From Eledone cirrhosa (lineage: Eukaryota): a stretch of 64,000 bases of DNA. The first letter of the stretch is position 1. Every line of letters starts with the position of its first letter. The notes under the pieces were generated by a model that saw only the letters and a program-made list of their open reading frames with translations, did no database searches and was not told the origin of the DNA. Shown here piece by piece: positions 11,420-23,276 of this stretch. Made by a program: the position numbers and the translations under genes. The DNA lies in contig OZ024743.1 of NCBI GenBank assembly GCA_964016885.1, forward strand, positions 48,050,001-48,114,000, written 5' to 3'.

Positions 11420-12972
11420 TAATAATAATAATAATAATAATGAAATTATTGTGTACAGTGCTCAGGTGCACTACAACTCATCAAAGGTGCATGTATAGTA
11501 CATAGAATAATGTACAAATGTCAGGAAAATAAACAGTGTATGAGTCATGATATAATAACAATAACAATAATGAAATATTGTGCACAGTGCCCAGGTGCAC
11601 CACAACCCATCAAAAAAGTGCATGTACAGTACATAGGGCAATGCACAAACATCAGTAAAATGAACAGTGCACACATGTGTGCATGTGTATGGAAGGGGCA
11701 CATCAGGTGTAGTTTTGGCGTATTTCGGGAAGCATGAGTGTCTTAAAGGATGCAGTGTCTCGGCAGCTAACAATTGACGCAGGCAGTTTGTTCCATGTTT
11801 CAGCAACTCTGAGCGTGAAAAAATGTCTGCGAAAGTCATGGGAGCTGTGCTGTTTTCTTATCTTGTAGGCATGTCCACGTGTGTTAGATACATGGAGATC
11901 AAAGAGGCGCTCAGGGTTGCAGTTGGCGAGATGGTTAAAAACTTTGTGGGTATTCACCAAGTCCACTGCCAGACGTTGGAGCTTCAATGAATCCATGCCC
12001 AGGGAAGCAAGGCGTTCAGAGTATGGTAGGTGTCTGATGGAGGGTATGCGCTTGGTTGCACGTCTCTGAACAGTTTCCAGGAGGTCAATGTTCCGAGCAA
12101 GATAGGGGTTCCAGACTGATGATGCGAATTCCAAGTGTGGTCGCACCATAGCTGTATACAGTTTTAAATAGATGGCTGGAGAGCGGCTAACAAAGGTCTT
12201 GCTGAGTGATGCCAAGACACCCTCGGCCTTCTTGACAATCTTAGAGACATGCTTTGTCCAACGCAAATCGTTGCTGACAGTAATGCCCAGGTCACGTTCA
12301 CAAGAGGACTTTTTGATGTCAGTGTTGTGGAGGGAGTATGTGGACGCTGGATTTTTCCTTCCAAAATGCATGGTGGTACACTTGTCCACAGCCAGCTTCA
12401 GTTGCCAGTCTGTGATCCATTGCTGCATTGTGTCCAGGTCTGATTGTAGGAAAGAGTTGTAAATTTCAGGATCAGTCCTTTTGATTTCAAGGTACAGCTT
12501 GATGTCATCTGCATATTTTAGTACCGTGGCATTCTGTAAGTTGGCATCTATGTCATTAATATATGCCACAAACAAAAGAGGACCAAGAACAGATCCCTGT
12601 GGTACACCAGATGACATCTCATATGGTGAAGAATGCTGTCCTAGAACTGTGACTACTTCCTTTCGGCTGAGAATGAAGGATTTCAGCCAGTCGAAAAGAT
12701 CATCCCTCACACCCATTGCAGAGAGTTTTGCCATAAGTCTTTTGTGTGGCACAGAATTAAAAGCCTTAGCAAAGTCAAGGTAAACAACATCCACCCATGA
12801 GCCGCTGTCAGTGATCCGGGTGATGTCCTCAAGGAACTCGATAAGCTGATCACAGCAGCTGGAGTTAGGGATAAATCCAAACTGTGAGGGCCGGATGAGG
12901 CTGTGAGAGCTCCAGAAGTTCCAAAGTGTTTCTCTGACACAGGATTCCATCAGTTTGGCCATACAGCTAGTA
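11420..12972 (-). mobile_element. 5'-truncated CR1-group LINE with intact RT/C-terminal ORF (11703-12986)
   Basis: QFGF, YLDFAKAFNSVPH, GVPQGSVLGPLLF, KYADD, ERDLG, VRPHLE, TRGH motifs. 3'UTR and (ATT)n tail present; no endonuclease domain. Confidence 0.93.
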
Positions 12973-13440
12973 TTATTATACAACAATCTTAATAGCTAGC
13001 AATCGTAAAAAAAGAATGTGTCAAGTAATGAACCATACTTAAGACTTTTTGTGCTGTACTTTATTATTATTATATAGCCACACTAAAACAAAAAATAGAA
13101 AATAATATTATTTAAATAACATCGAATCGCTATCATAGTTTTTTGTAAAATTTGCAAAAAGGACAACACATTGCAATTAACAGAACCAGTTAAAATCTAT
13201 ACTAATTAGCTCATTTACATATTGATGAATGTCTAGATGAAAGGTTAAATTCTGATATTTTGCAGGGGTTACAATTTGCCAGAATCACATGGACTACCAA
13301 AACTGTCCAGTTCCTGGCAGAAAATTATTCCAAAAGTAACTAGTATCATTACTATTCTGTCACCTATCCTCTCATAATAAAACTTATAGAAATTACTTGT
13401 AAAAATGTGAAATAAACTGTAAAATGTGATTCACAACATT

Positions 13441-13730
13441 AGGTGATGAATTGGCAGAGTCATTAAGACGTCGGATAGAATGGTTTACGGTATTCGTCCC
13501 ACCTCATTGTGCGCTCTGAGTTCAACTCCCGCCGGGGTCAACTTTGTCTTTCATCCTTTCGAGGTCGATAAAAAAAAGTACCAGTCCAGTAATGGGGTCG
13601 ACTCTTCCTCTATATAAAAAAATTGGCTGTGTTCAGACCTGGAGAGGGTTGGGCTCCACCAGGTTTAAAAGTGCCCTAGACACACTGTATGACAGTGCCT
13701 CTACGACTCCACAAGGAGTTATGGGAGACT
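13441..13730 (+). mobile_element. long variant of SINE family A
   Basis: Same core with a distinct ~130-bp tail; inverted homologue at 24778-25063. Confidence 0.75.
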
Positions 13731-14125
13731 ATAGAGCTAGTAAGCCATAACAGACCAGGGGAAATATCTAATACTTCTTACAGTTGAGAAAGAAAAAAAA
13801 AAACAAGATAGACAGAAATAAGTGAATATAAAAATTAAAATTTTAATTTAAAAAAGAATAAAAAAAAACAGGGAAGGCCAACAGGAGGCAACATAAGCAT
13901 AAAAAGAGATAAATAAAAAATGTTGAGGTTACTATTTTGGCCATGTCGTGTTATATATATTGGCCTGACAGTGTTAAAAAGGTTTTAATCATTCTGTTGT
14001 TAGCTCACTGTAGTTTCTCAAAGTAGGTTCCACAAGATATGTTGTCTTTTAATAAGATTTAATAAAAATTTATTATATGCTTTTTTATGTGAATAAATTC
14101 TCTCACTAAAATAAATAGTTTCATT

Positions 14126-14350
14126 TAACCCGTTAGCAATTGCATTACTCTAAATTTACTATTGTATTTTCACAGTAAAGGCTTTACCTCACATAATTAT
14201 CTCATAGTATTGAATCTATGATTTTGATATTATTTATTTTGAGAAAAATAGCTTGACATCTGTATGAGCAGCTGGTTACAGCCAGTTTGAACAGAAAGCG
14301 GTGAGAGAATTCTGGTCGGATATGGCTGGTTTAAACGCTAAAGAGTTAAT
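14126..14350 (+). mobile_element. piggyBac-type MITE family 1
   Basis: TTAA-CCC...TTAA ends; internal homology to the other copies. Confidence 0.75.
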
Positions 14351-14693
14351 CTCTTAATAAAATTATGGTGGTGAAGTTTATCTGTAAAATATATGGGTTC
14401 TGTGATTTGGGGGAAAATTATATAAGGGTTCTACAACAAAATAAGTTTGGAAATCACTATCCTACTGTAATGAAGAAATTTAGCTAATTCTTCAGTACAA
14501 AGAGACACTATCACCAAAACTTTGAAATAATTTTTTTTTAAAAATAAAACTTAAGCACATGTCCACCTTGTTTTTCATCTTTTTGGAGTTGATAAAGTAA
14601 ATACCTCCCGAGTGCAACCCTCTCTCTCTCCCCTTCCAGCTGTGACATCCAGGATGTTCTGCAGGATCAATGGAGGGAGGGTTGAGAGGGTAT

Positions 14694-14875
14694 AATAATA
14701 ATAAAATTATTGTGTACAGTGCTCAGGTGCACTACAACTCATCAAAGGAGCATATATAGTACATAGAATAATGTACAAATGTCAGGAAAGTGAACATGTA
14801 TGTGTGTGTATGGAGGGGGGAATATCAGGTGTAGTGTTGGCAAATCTTGGGAAACATGGAGGTTTTGAAGGATGT
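14694..14875 (-). mobile_element. CR1-group LINE 3' end fragment
   Basis: Matches the 3'UTR at 11437-11750. Confidence 0.8.
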
Positions 14876-15250
14876 GTCTACTTGTGACTGCATGAGCACC
14901 TCAAACCCTTAACGAAATCATAGTACATACTACCAAGTCATACTTGATTTCAAGTGGCAGCAGTAGTTTTTTTCTCAATGGCTATAAATAGAGTGACAGA
15001 GACATTGTTTTTTGTAAACATATGAAGTAAAATGACAGAATAAAATACAAAACTTAAAAACCATATTACAGTTCTGTAATTACATGTCTGTGTTTTTTGA
15101 GTATATATTTATGTGTGTGGGTGTTTTTGTGATTGTGTGGGTCTGTTTGCGAGAGAGAGAGACAGTGTATGTGTGTGTCTTTATGTGTATGCATGCACAA
15201 GTGTGTTTGTTTACACATAGGTGTTTTGTGTGCGTGTGTAAATGAAATAC

Positions 15251-15323
15251 CTTGAAAACAATCTAGAAGTCATCATGTTCACCACAGAGATGTTGCCTGC
15301 CTGCGGGAGGTCGTTTTCAATGG
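15251..15323 (-). CDS. candidate internal exon (73 nt)
   Basis: ttttgttgatag acceptor, AAG|GTATTT donor. One open frame, (A)IENDLPQAGNISVVNMMTSRLFS. Confidence 0.3.
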
Positions 15324-17177
15324 CTATCAACAAAATAGATTTAGACAAACACTAATGTGTGTGGGCATGCATGTGTGTATGCACATGTGAGTATGTGTAT
15401 GTGTATGCCTATTTCACTCACAATTTACAAGACATTTGACATAATTTCAGGCAAGGAGTGAACTTCCTAGGTGCGGTGATACATGAGAGGTACCACTTAA
15501 GTATCATCGGAAATAACAAACAATAAAAACCATAAATAAATAAAAAGAAAAATACCCCTCCCCCTTCCCTGAAAAAATAAAACGAACAAAATAATCACAA
15601 CTAATCCTTTGATTAATTGGAAGAGTCGTTAGAAATTTGGATTGACCCTTTTGTTAAAATATTTCTAATAAACACATTGTCTATGGTTTTCAAATAATTT
15701 TGATAAAAAATTGGGGGTATTTAGTCATCTAACTAACCTCATTATTAAACTGGTATAGGGCAATATTAGTAGACCATCGAGCAATATGCTTTGAGGCATT
15801 TAGTTACAAATTTCTATGTTCTGAGTTCAAATCCTGCAGATGTTAAATTTGCCTTTAATTCTTCTGGGGTCGATAAAATATAACACCAGTTAAGTACTGG
15901 GTTCAATATTATTGATTTTCCCCTTCCTCAAAATTGCTGGCCTTGTCTCAATATTAAAAAAGAATTATTACTCTGGTATTTGGAGCATAACAAAGCTTCT
16001 TACTTAAAATTATGAAGGAAAGTTTTTGAATAAATATAAACACTTTAAAATGGGTAGTTGTGTATCATAGAACCAGAAGCAACAAAAGGGTCATTGTTCA
16101 TAAAAAGTATGTTAGACGTCAATGGGATTGTGATATAAGACTTTCCCAAGAAGGAAGCCTTGTACTCTCAGTTGTTTAATGTCCATGAAACCAGGATAAA
16201 CTCTGGATTTCATCCAACTCATGTAAGCAAAGAAAAATGGATGTAAAATCTTTTACTAAAACTCTTTTCGTAAACAGAACTTTTATATTTTTTATGACTC
16301 ATTCAGAGAATGAAAACACAACTCATCAATTGCTACAGTGTAAAACAACAGATTACCATATATACGCATATACAAGTTACATAACCATTTTACTAACAAA
16401 ATTCTTGGCTCAGTACTTGATTTATATACAGGGCTTTGTATGTCAATCAAGAAGATAAGTTGCATGCTGGTTTTTAACCTCTTGTTTTTCTTTGTGGAAA
16501 CGGGTAATTGATATCTTAATGTTGGTTCTTCTTCCTGGTTTAACACAACCACCTTGTCCTTGGGTGGAGTTCACTTTGTTGCAAGTATCTGCAGATAGAT
16601 AATGAATTATCTTTTCTGAGACCAAAGACTTGCTCCTAATGCAACAGAAGAGACTCTGCTAAGGGTGTCAAAACAGATGATAGGTTAAGTCCATCACACA
16701 AGAAAAAGTACATCCTAATGGGATTCTGTAAGTTTCCATCTCAATCTGCTAGAAAGTGCAGCCAAAATACTTCAAATCACACTATAGTGTCTTGAGAAAC
16801 GAAGGACACATTGGACAATGTAGATATAGATACTAGGATTGCACTAATTAATAGGCAGATAATTGGCCATATCTGTCAATCCACCAGAATCTCCTTTCTT
16901 TGCTGATTAGGCACCCCAACACCCCAAACACTACCACAGACACCCCAAACACTACCACAACCACCCCAAACACTACCACAACCACCCCAAGCTCATGCAA
17001 AGTTGATAATAGGCTCAGGCCAGATGTGAAATGTAGGTCCCATTTCAAACTGCTTAAGTATTTTAATAATTCATGCTAAATACACATGATTTATATATAG
17101 GTTACAGATGTATACATGTACATGTATATAATGTCATTACTAGTAACAGAACAAAATAGAACTAAAATGTGAAAGAA

Positions 17178-17250
17178 CTAGTCTCCTTCAAAATCAAAGT
17201 CCCATTCCAACTGGTCTACCTGGTCATCCCACTTCTGTTCTGGTTTCCCA
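17178..17250 (-). CDS. candidate terminal exon with W-acidic motifs
   Basis: Strong acceptor atatttttcttcag. A phase-2 read gives GKPEQKWDDQVDQLEWDFDFEGD-stop. Confidence 0.4.
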
Positions 17251-17375
17251 CTGAAGAAAAATATAAATGCCATATCCTAAAGCTTATAACAGGTGGGGAG
17301 GGGGGCTTAATATATGTTGCTAATGCTGGTACTGTTTAGGCTTATCCTCTAATAACCTGTTTGTTACCAAATCTT

Positions 17376-17586
17376 TAACCCTTTAGCATTTACATTACTC
17401 TATATTTACTATTGTATTTTGATGGTAAAAGCTTTATCTCACATAATATCTAATCTATGAGATTTTGATATTATTTTGAGAACAATACCTTAACATCAGT
17501 ATGAGCAGCTGGATACAGCTCGTTTGAACAGAAATAAGTAGGAGAATTCTGGCCAGATACAGCTGGTTTGAATGCTAAAGGGTTAA
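17376..17586 (+). mobile_element. piggyBac-type MITE family 1
   Basis: TTAA CCCTTTAGCATT...AATGCTAAAGGG TTAA. Confidence 0.8.
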
Positions 17587-18167
17587 TCAAATGCACTGCC
17601 AATGATTTTCAAAAAATTTTGAAAGTAATAAAAAATGTGGATAGATTTAGTATAACTAACAACTAACTTCCTCATTATTAAGCTGATGTTTAGAACATAA
17701 CTTAAGATTCTGACAAAAAATTATAATGGAAAGTTTAGATTTTTAAATACTTTAAAACAAACATTTTTTCCGTCATATAAAACATTGACAGTTTGGTATG
17801 AAAAGGGTTAAGCCAGGGTCACTAATGTGCTTTGACAGAAGCTTATTATTACCCTATGGCACCCATCCCAAACAATGAACAAAAATACCATGGTAACATT
17901 AATTTCTCGCTTTTAATATTTAAATGTCAGTGAAATAAATTTATGTCAGTTTACTTTTAATTATAGCTTTCTAACATCATATACACCAAAAGACCAAATT
18001 TAACAATACAAACCCCAGCATCATACATTTTTTTTACATGCCATAAATATAAATGGCTTTTAACAACAATTATCATATTAATACCATGTTGTAGATGTGG
18101 GATGTTGTAGAATGGAGGAATACAGTCAATTTCAGATGAGTCTTGTTATTTATTGTAATATATATAT

Positions 18168-18553
18168 GGAGGCACATGGCTTAGTGGTTAGAGCATTGGC
18201 TTTGCAATCGAAAGGTTGTGAGTTCAATTCTCAGACCGGGTGATGTGTTGTTTCCTTGAGCAAGATACTTTATTTCACATTGCTCCAGTTTACTCAGCTG
18301 TAGAAATGAGATAATAGGGACTGGCATCCCTATCATTCCACTGTAAAGTGGTCGTGGAGGTGCCACGGCAAAAAAGCACCCAGCCCACACTGTAAAGTGG
18401 ACGTGTAGGCGCCATGGAAAAAAAGCACCCAGCACTCACTGTAAATGAGGTTGGTGTTAGGAAAGGCATCCAGCTGAAGAAATCAAGCCAGAATCAGTCC
18501 CGTCCCAACCTTGCAAGCAGGGAAAAGCGGACGTAAAATGATGAAATGATGAT
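18168..18553 (+). mobile_element. tRNA-derived CORE-like SINE (family B) with RTE-type tail
   Basis: A-box TGGCTTAGTGG, B-box GAGTTCAATTC, CORE-like TCCTTGAGCAAG...CTCAGCTG, and tail GCAAGCAGGGAAAAGCGGACGTAAAATGATGA. Near-identical inverted copies at 39164-39493 and 47434-47766. Confidence 0.85.
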
Positions 18554-18625
18554 ATATAGATAGAGAGATAAAACAAAATTTAATACAGAAATGGCTTCTA
18601 CAGGACTAGAACTGTGTGTGTGTGT

Positions 18626-18806
18626 AATAATTGTTTCTACTTTTGGCACAAGGCCAGCAATTACCCAGTGCATTACTGGTACTTTATTTTATCGACCCCG
18701 TAAGGATGAAAGGCAAAGTTAACCTCGGCGTTGAACTCAGATCATAAAGGGCCGTAACTATGCTGCAAAGCATGGCGTCCGACCCTCTACCGATACTGCC
18801 AATCCA
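18626..18806 (-). mobile_element. SINE family A with TSD GTGTAATAAT
   Basis: Near full-length copy; a direct repeat flanks both ends. Confidence 0.85.
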
Positions 18807-18849
18807 GTGTAATAATGACTCATTATTATATTATATATATTGGCTACTA

Positions 18850-19148
18850 GGGCGGTGGATTGTTAAGTGTTTAGAATGCATTTAAATGTATTGTACGATG
18901 TATATTATAAAATTTAAGATAATATAATGCCAATCCACCATTATATATTATACTATATAATGGTGGATTGGCAGTATCGGTAGAGAGTCGGACACCATGC
19001 TTTGAAGCATAGAGTTACGTCCCTTTATGATCTAAGTTCAAATCCCGCCGAGGTTAACTTTGTCTTTCATCCTTACGGGGTTGATAAAATAAAGTACCAG
19101 TAATGTACTGGGTATTTGCTGGCCTTGTGCCTAAAATAGAAACTATTA
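18850..19148 (+). mobile_element. composite SINE family A insertion with captured 5' segment
   Basis: TSD TATATTGGCTACT flanks a SINE 5' stub, a ~100-bp foreign segment and a full SINE. Confidence 0.8.
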
Positions 19149-19239
19149 TTATATTGGCTACTGTCTGGTTTCATATTTGAACAGATCAATTTTTTTGAAA
19201 CAATATATATTTTTATCTGTTCAGTATTCCTGTCTCTCT

Positions 19240-19373
19240 ATATATATCATAAGAAGTTGGGACCCCAATGGCTGAGTTCTTGCCTTTTCAACAGCTAATT
19301 CCAGACTGAGTCTAGAACTAGCTGTTGAAACGGCAAGAGTTCAGCTGTCGAGGCCCCGACTCTTTATAATATA
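19240..19373. mobile_element. palindromic MITE-like element
   Basis: ~65-bp imperfect inverted arms centred near 19308, TA-flanked. Mismatches are mostly transitions. Confidence 0.65.
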
Positions 19374-19877
19374 ACCATAATCTGTTGAGTAATGGTCTAA
19401 CCAGTTTCAAACTGAATTCATCCTGCTGTGTGTGAGAGATTTGAGTTTCAAAGAATTTTTAAAAGATTGTGACAATATGATAATTTTAAATGATTAGAAA
19501 CACAAACAGTGCATTTAAAGAATTAAAATATAGTGTTTTATTCAAAATTTTCAGTCATAAAATACTTTCATCAATGAATCAATATGAGATTTGTTTTGTT
19601 TTTTCCATGCCAAGAACTTTACAGTCAGACAGGCCAGAGTAGAATTTTGAAAAAATTGAAATAATCTTAAAAACTGTTAGAAATTGAAGGAACAGCCTAT
19701 CGATGTTAGAGTATATATTTCCTTTCCTCTCCCAAGTGTGAAATTTCAGAATTTGAAAGGTAGAGACTATATATATATTTCAGAAAAGTTTTTAGCATTG
19801 ATTAACAGTCAAACAAGCCGTAGTTGAAGGGAAATCCTTTTAAACTAAGGCAGAGGAAGAGACAGAGGATTGTCTCC

Positions 19878-22061
19878 TGGTGGGGTGGTAGGTGAGCGGG
19901 TGCTGGTGTAAGGGCAGAAGGGTATCCATGCTGGAGTGGTAGGTGAGGGGGTGCTGGTATAAGGGCAGAAGGGTATCCATGCTGGAGGGGCAAGATGGTG
20001 GGGTGGTAGGTGAGGGGGCGCTGGTGTAAGGGCAGAAGGGTATCCATGCTGGAGGGGAAAGATGGTGGGGTGGTAGGTGAGGGGGCGCTGGTATAAGGGC
20101 AGAAGGGTATCCATGCTGGAGGGGCAAGATGGTGGGGTGGTAGGTGAGGGGGCGCTGGTGTAAGGGCAGAAGGGTATCCATGCTGGAGGGGAAAGATGGT
20201 GGGGTGGTAGGTGAGGGGGCGCTGGTATAAGGGCAGAAGGGTATCCATGCTGGAGGGGCAAGATGGTGGGGTGGTAGGTGAGGGGGTGCTGGTGTAAGGG
20301 CAGAAGGGTATCCATGCTGGAGGGGAAAGATGGTGGGGTGGTAGGTGAGGGGGCGCTGGTGTAAGGGCAGAAGGGTATCCATGCTGGAGGGGAAAGATGG
20401 TGGGGTGGTAGGTGAGGGGGTGCTGGTGTAAGGGCAGAAGGGTATCCATGCTGGAGGGGAAAGATGGTGGGGTGGTAGGTGAGGGGGCGCTGGTGTAAGG
20501 GCAGAAGGGTATCCATGCTGGAGGGGCAAGATGGTGGGGTGGTAAGTGAGGGGGTGCTGGTGTAAGGGCAGAAGAGTATCCATGCTGGAGGGGCAAGATG
20601 GTGGGGTGGTAGCTGAGGGGGCGCTGGTGTAAGGGCAGAAGGGTATCCATGCTGGAGGGGAAAGATGGTGGGGTGGTAGGTGAGGGGGTGCTGGTGTAAG
20701 GGCAGAAGGGTATTCATGCTGGAGGGGAAAGATGGTGGGGTGGTAGGTGAGGGGGCGCTGGTGTAAGGGCAGAAGGGTATCCATGCTGGAGGGGCAAGGT
20801 GGTGGGGTGGTAGGTGAGGGGGTGCTGGTGTAAGGGCAGAAGGGTATCCATACTGGAGGGGCAAGATGGTGGGGTGGTAGGTGAGGGGGCGCTGGTGTAA
20901 GGGCAGAAGGGTATCCATGCTGGAGGGGCAAGATGGTGGGGTGGTAGGTGAGGGGGCGCTGGTGTAAGGGCAGAAGGGTATCCATGCTGGAGGGGAAAGA
21001 TGGTGGGGTGGTAGGTGAGGGGGCGCTGGTATAAGGGCAGAAGGGTATCCATGCTGGAGGGGCAAGATGGTGGGGTGGTAGGTGAGGGGGTGCTGGTGTA
21101 AGGGCAGAAGGGTATCCATGCTGGAGGGGAAAGATGGTGGGGTGGTAGGTGAGGGGGCGCTGGTGTAAGGGCAGAAGGGTATCCATGCTGGAGGGGAAAG
21201 ATGGTGGGGTGGTAGGTGAGGGGGTGCTGGTGTAAGGGCAGAAGGGTATCCATGCTGGAGGGGAAAGATGGTGGGGTGGTAGGTGAGGGGGCGCTGGTGT
21301 AAGGGCAGAAGGGTATCCATGCTGGAGGGGCAAGATGGTGGGGTGGTAAGTGAGGGGGTGCTGGTGTAAGGGCAGAAGAGTATCCATGCTGGAGGGGCAA
21401 GATGGTGGGGTGGTAGCTGAGGGGGCGCTGGTGTAAGGGCAGAAGGGTATCCATGCTGGAGGGGAAAGATGGTGGGGTGGTAGGTGAGGGGGTGCTGGTG
21501 TAAGGGCAGAAGGGTATTCATGCTGGAGGGGAAAGATGGTGGGGTGGTAGGTGAGGGGGCGCTGGTGTAAGGGCAGAAGGGTATCCATGCTGGAGGGGCA
21601 AGGTGGTGGGGTGGTAGGTGAGGGGGTGCTGGTGTAAGGGCAGAAGGGTATCCATACTGGAGGGGCAAGATGGTGGGGTGGTAGGTGAGGGGGCGCTGGT
21701 GTAAGGGCAGAAGGGTATCCATGCTGGAGGGGCAAGATGGTGGGGTGGTAGGTGAGGGGGCGCTGGTGTAAGGGCAGAAAGGTATCCATACTGGAGGGGC
21801 AAGATGGTGGGGTGGTAAGTGAGGGGGTGCTGGTGTAAGGGCAGAAGGGTATCCATACTGGAGGGGCAAGGTGATGGGGTGGTAAGTGAGGGGGTGCTGG
21901 TGTAAGGGCAGAAGGGTATCCATACTGGAGGGGCAAGGTGGTGGGGTGGTAAGTGAGGGGGTGCTGGTGTAAGGGCAGAAGGGTATCCATGCTGGAGGGG
22001 CAAGGTGGTGGGGTGGTAAGTGAGGGGGTGCTGGTGTAAGGGCAGAAGGGTATCCATACTG
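19878..22061. repeat. G-rich minisatellite, 67-bp unit, ~33 copies
   Basis: Unit GGGGTGGTAGGTGAGGGGGYGCTGGTGTAAGGGCAGAAGGGTATCCATGCTGGAGGGGMAAGATGGT. Confidence 0.98.
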
Positions 22062-22269
22062 AGTGAAAAGTTTAGCTATATATTAAGCCAGAAACTCAAA
22101 ATCAAGAGTTCCACTACACAGGCGATGGAGTTGGAGGAATTGGGAGTGGGGGATGGGGTGTTTGGTGTGGGTGGAGTGAGAAGAGATGAAGCAGAGGTAG
22201 GAGTGGGAGTCAGTGGGGTTGAAGAAGGTGGGGCTGATGAGCGAGCGATGGAAGGAATCAATAGTGACT

Positions 22270-22470
22270 GAGCCGATAGAGTGGCCAGAGGTGTCCAGTT
22301 TGTGTATTTTGAGGAGGAAGCAGATGATGGAGGTGCAGGATGTTTGGATAAGGTTTGTTGTTGTGGGAGATTAGGAGTGAGGAGGTTACAAGTTGAAGTA
22401 AAGTGGAAGAAACCTGTGGCTGGTAATGAGGAGATCAGAGGGCAGGATTGATAGAAGAGGGGTTGTTATC
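22270..22470 (-). mobile_element. decayed Penelope-like RT fragment
   Basis: FLLKIHKLDTSGHSI resembles the PLE motif Y.LPKIHK...PGRPI. Confidence 0.4.
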
Positions 22471-22538
22471 TGAGTGTTTTATGTTATTGTAATTATGAAA
22501 GAATCAGTCCTCAGTATGTAAATATAGTGTATTATTCT

Positions 22539-22723
22539 ATGGATTGGCAGTATCGGTAGAGGGTCGGACGCCATGCTTTCCAGCATAGTTACGTCCCTTT
22601 GCGGTCTGAGTTCAAATCCCGCCGAGGTTAACTTTGCCTTTCATCCTTAAGGGGTCGATAAAATAAAGTACCAGTAATGTACTGGGTAATTGATGGCCAT
22701 GTGCCAAAAGTAGAAACAATTAT
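22539..22723 (+). mobile_element. SINE family A
   Basis: Full core and tail. Confidence 0.85.
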
Positions 22724-22725
22724 TC

Positions 22726-22978
22726 TACATTTAATACATGATGATTAAACATACATTTTCATAGAATTCTTAGAGTTTCATGTTATGAGGTGATTAGGAG
22801 ATTAATCACAGCAGATCAGACATCAATCTTCAGTTCATTTGAAAAAACTTTTTTCAAACTGAAGAATAATGTTTGATTTGGAATTATCAGCTATGATTAA
22901 TCTCCTAATCAACTCATAACATGAAACTCGGAGAATTCTATGAAAATGTATGCATAATTACCATATATTAAATATATA
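22726..22978. mobile_element. MITE-like element with ~90-bp inverted arms
   Basis: CATACATTTTCATAGAATTCT...GATTAGGAGATTAATCA is mirrored by TGATTAATCTCCTAATC...AGAATTCTATGAAAATGTATG. Confidence 0.7.
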
Positions 22979-23232
22979 GTGTGTGTATGTATGTGTGTGA
23001 GTGTGTGTATATATTTTTTGATCAACTTTCATCAAATCGGACCAAGGAAACAATGTTTCCATTGGTCTTTCCAATTGCTAGTACTATCTATCGGTCGCAA
23101 CTCCAGGTAGAAGGAGCAACGTGCAATAAAGTGTCTTGCTCAAGGACATAACCCATCGCCCAGTCCAGGAATCAAACTCATAACCTCAAGATTGTGAATC
23201 CAATTCTCTAACCACTCAGCCACATGCCTTCA

Positions 23233-23267
<35 letters not shown>

Positions 23268-23276
23268 CATACACAT

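Noticed and set aside
16443-16590. Terminal exon candidate DTCNKVNST...
   Set aside because: Its first ~60 nt resemble 54100-54165, suggesting a repeat relic.
18168-18240. tRNA gene
   Set aside because: A and B boxes are present but no proper acceptor stem; it continues into a SINE body found in several copies.
19802-22057. Long proline-rich ORFs (up to 716 aa)
   Set aside because: Artefacts of the stop-poor C-rich strand of the 67-bp minisatellite; the same peptide cycles through all three frames.
19878-22061. CRISPR-like array
   Set aside because: Pure tandem repeat with no unique spacers; eukaryotic context; no cas genes.
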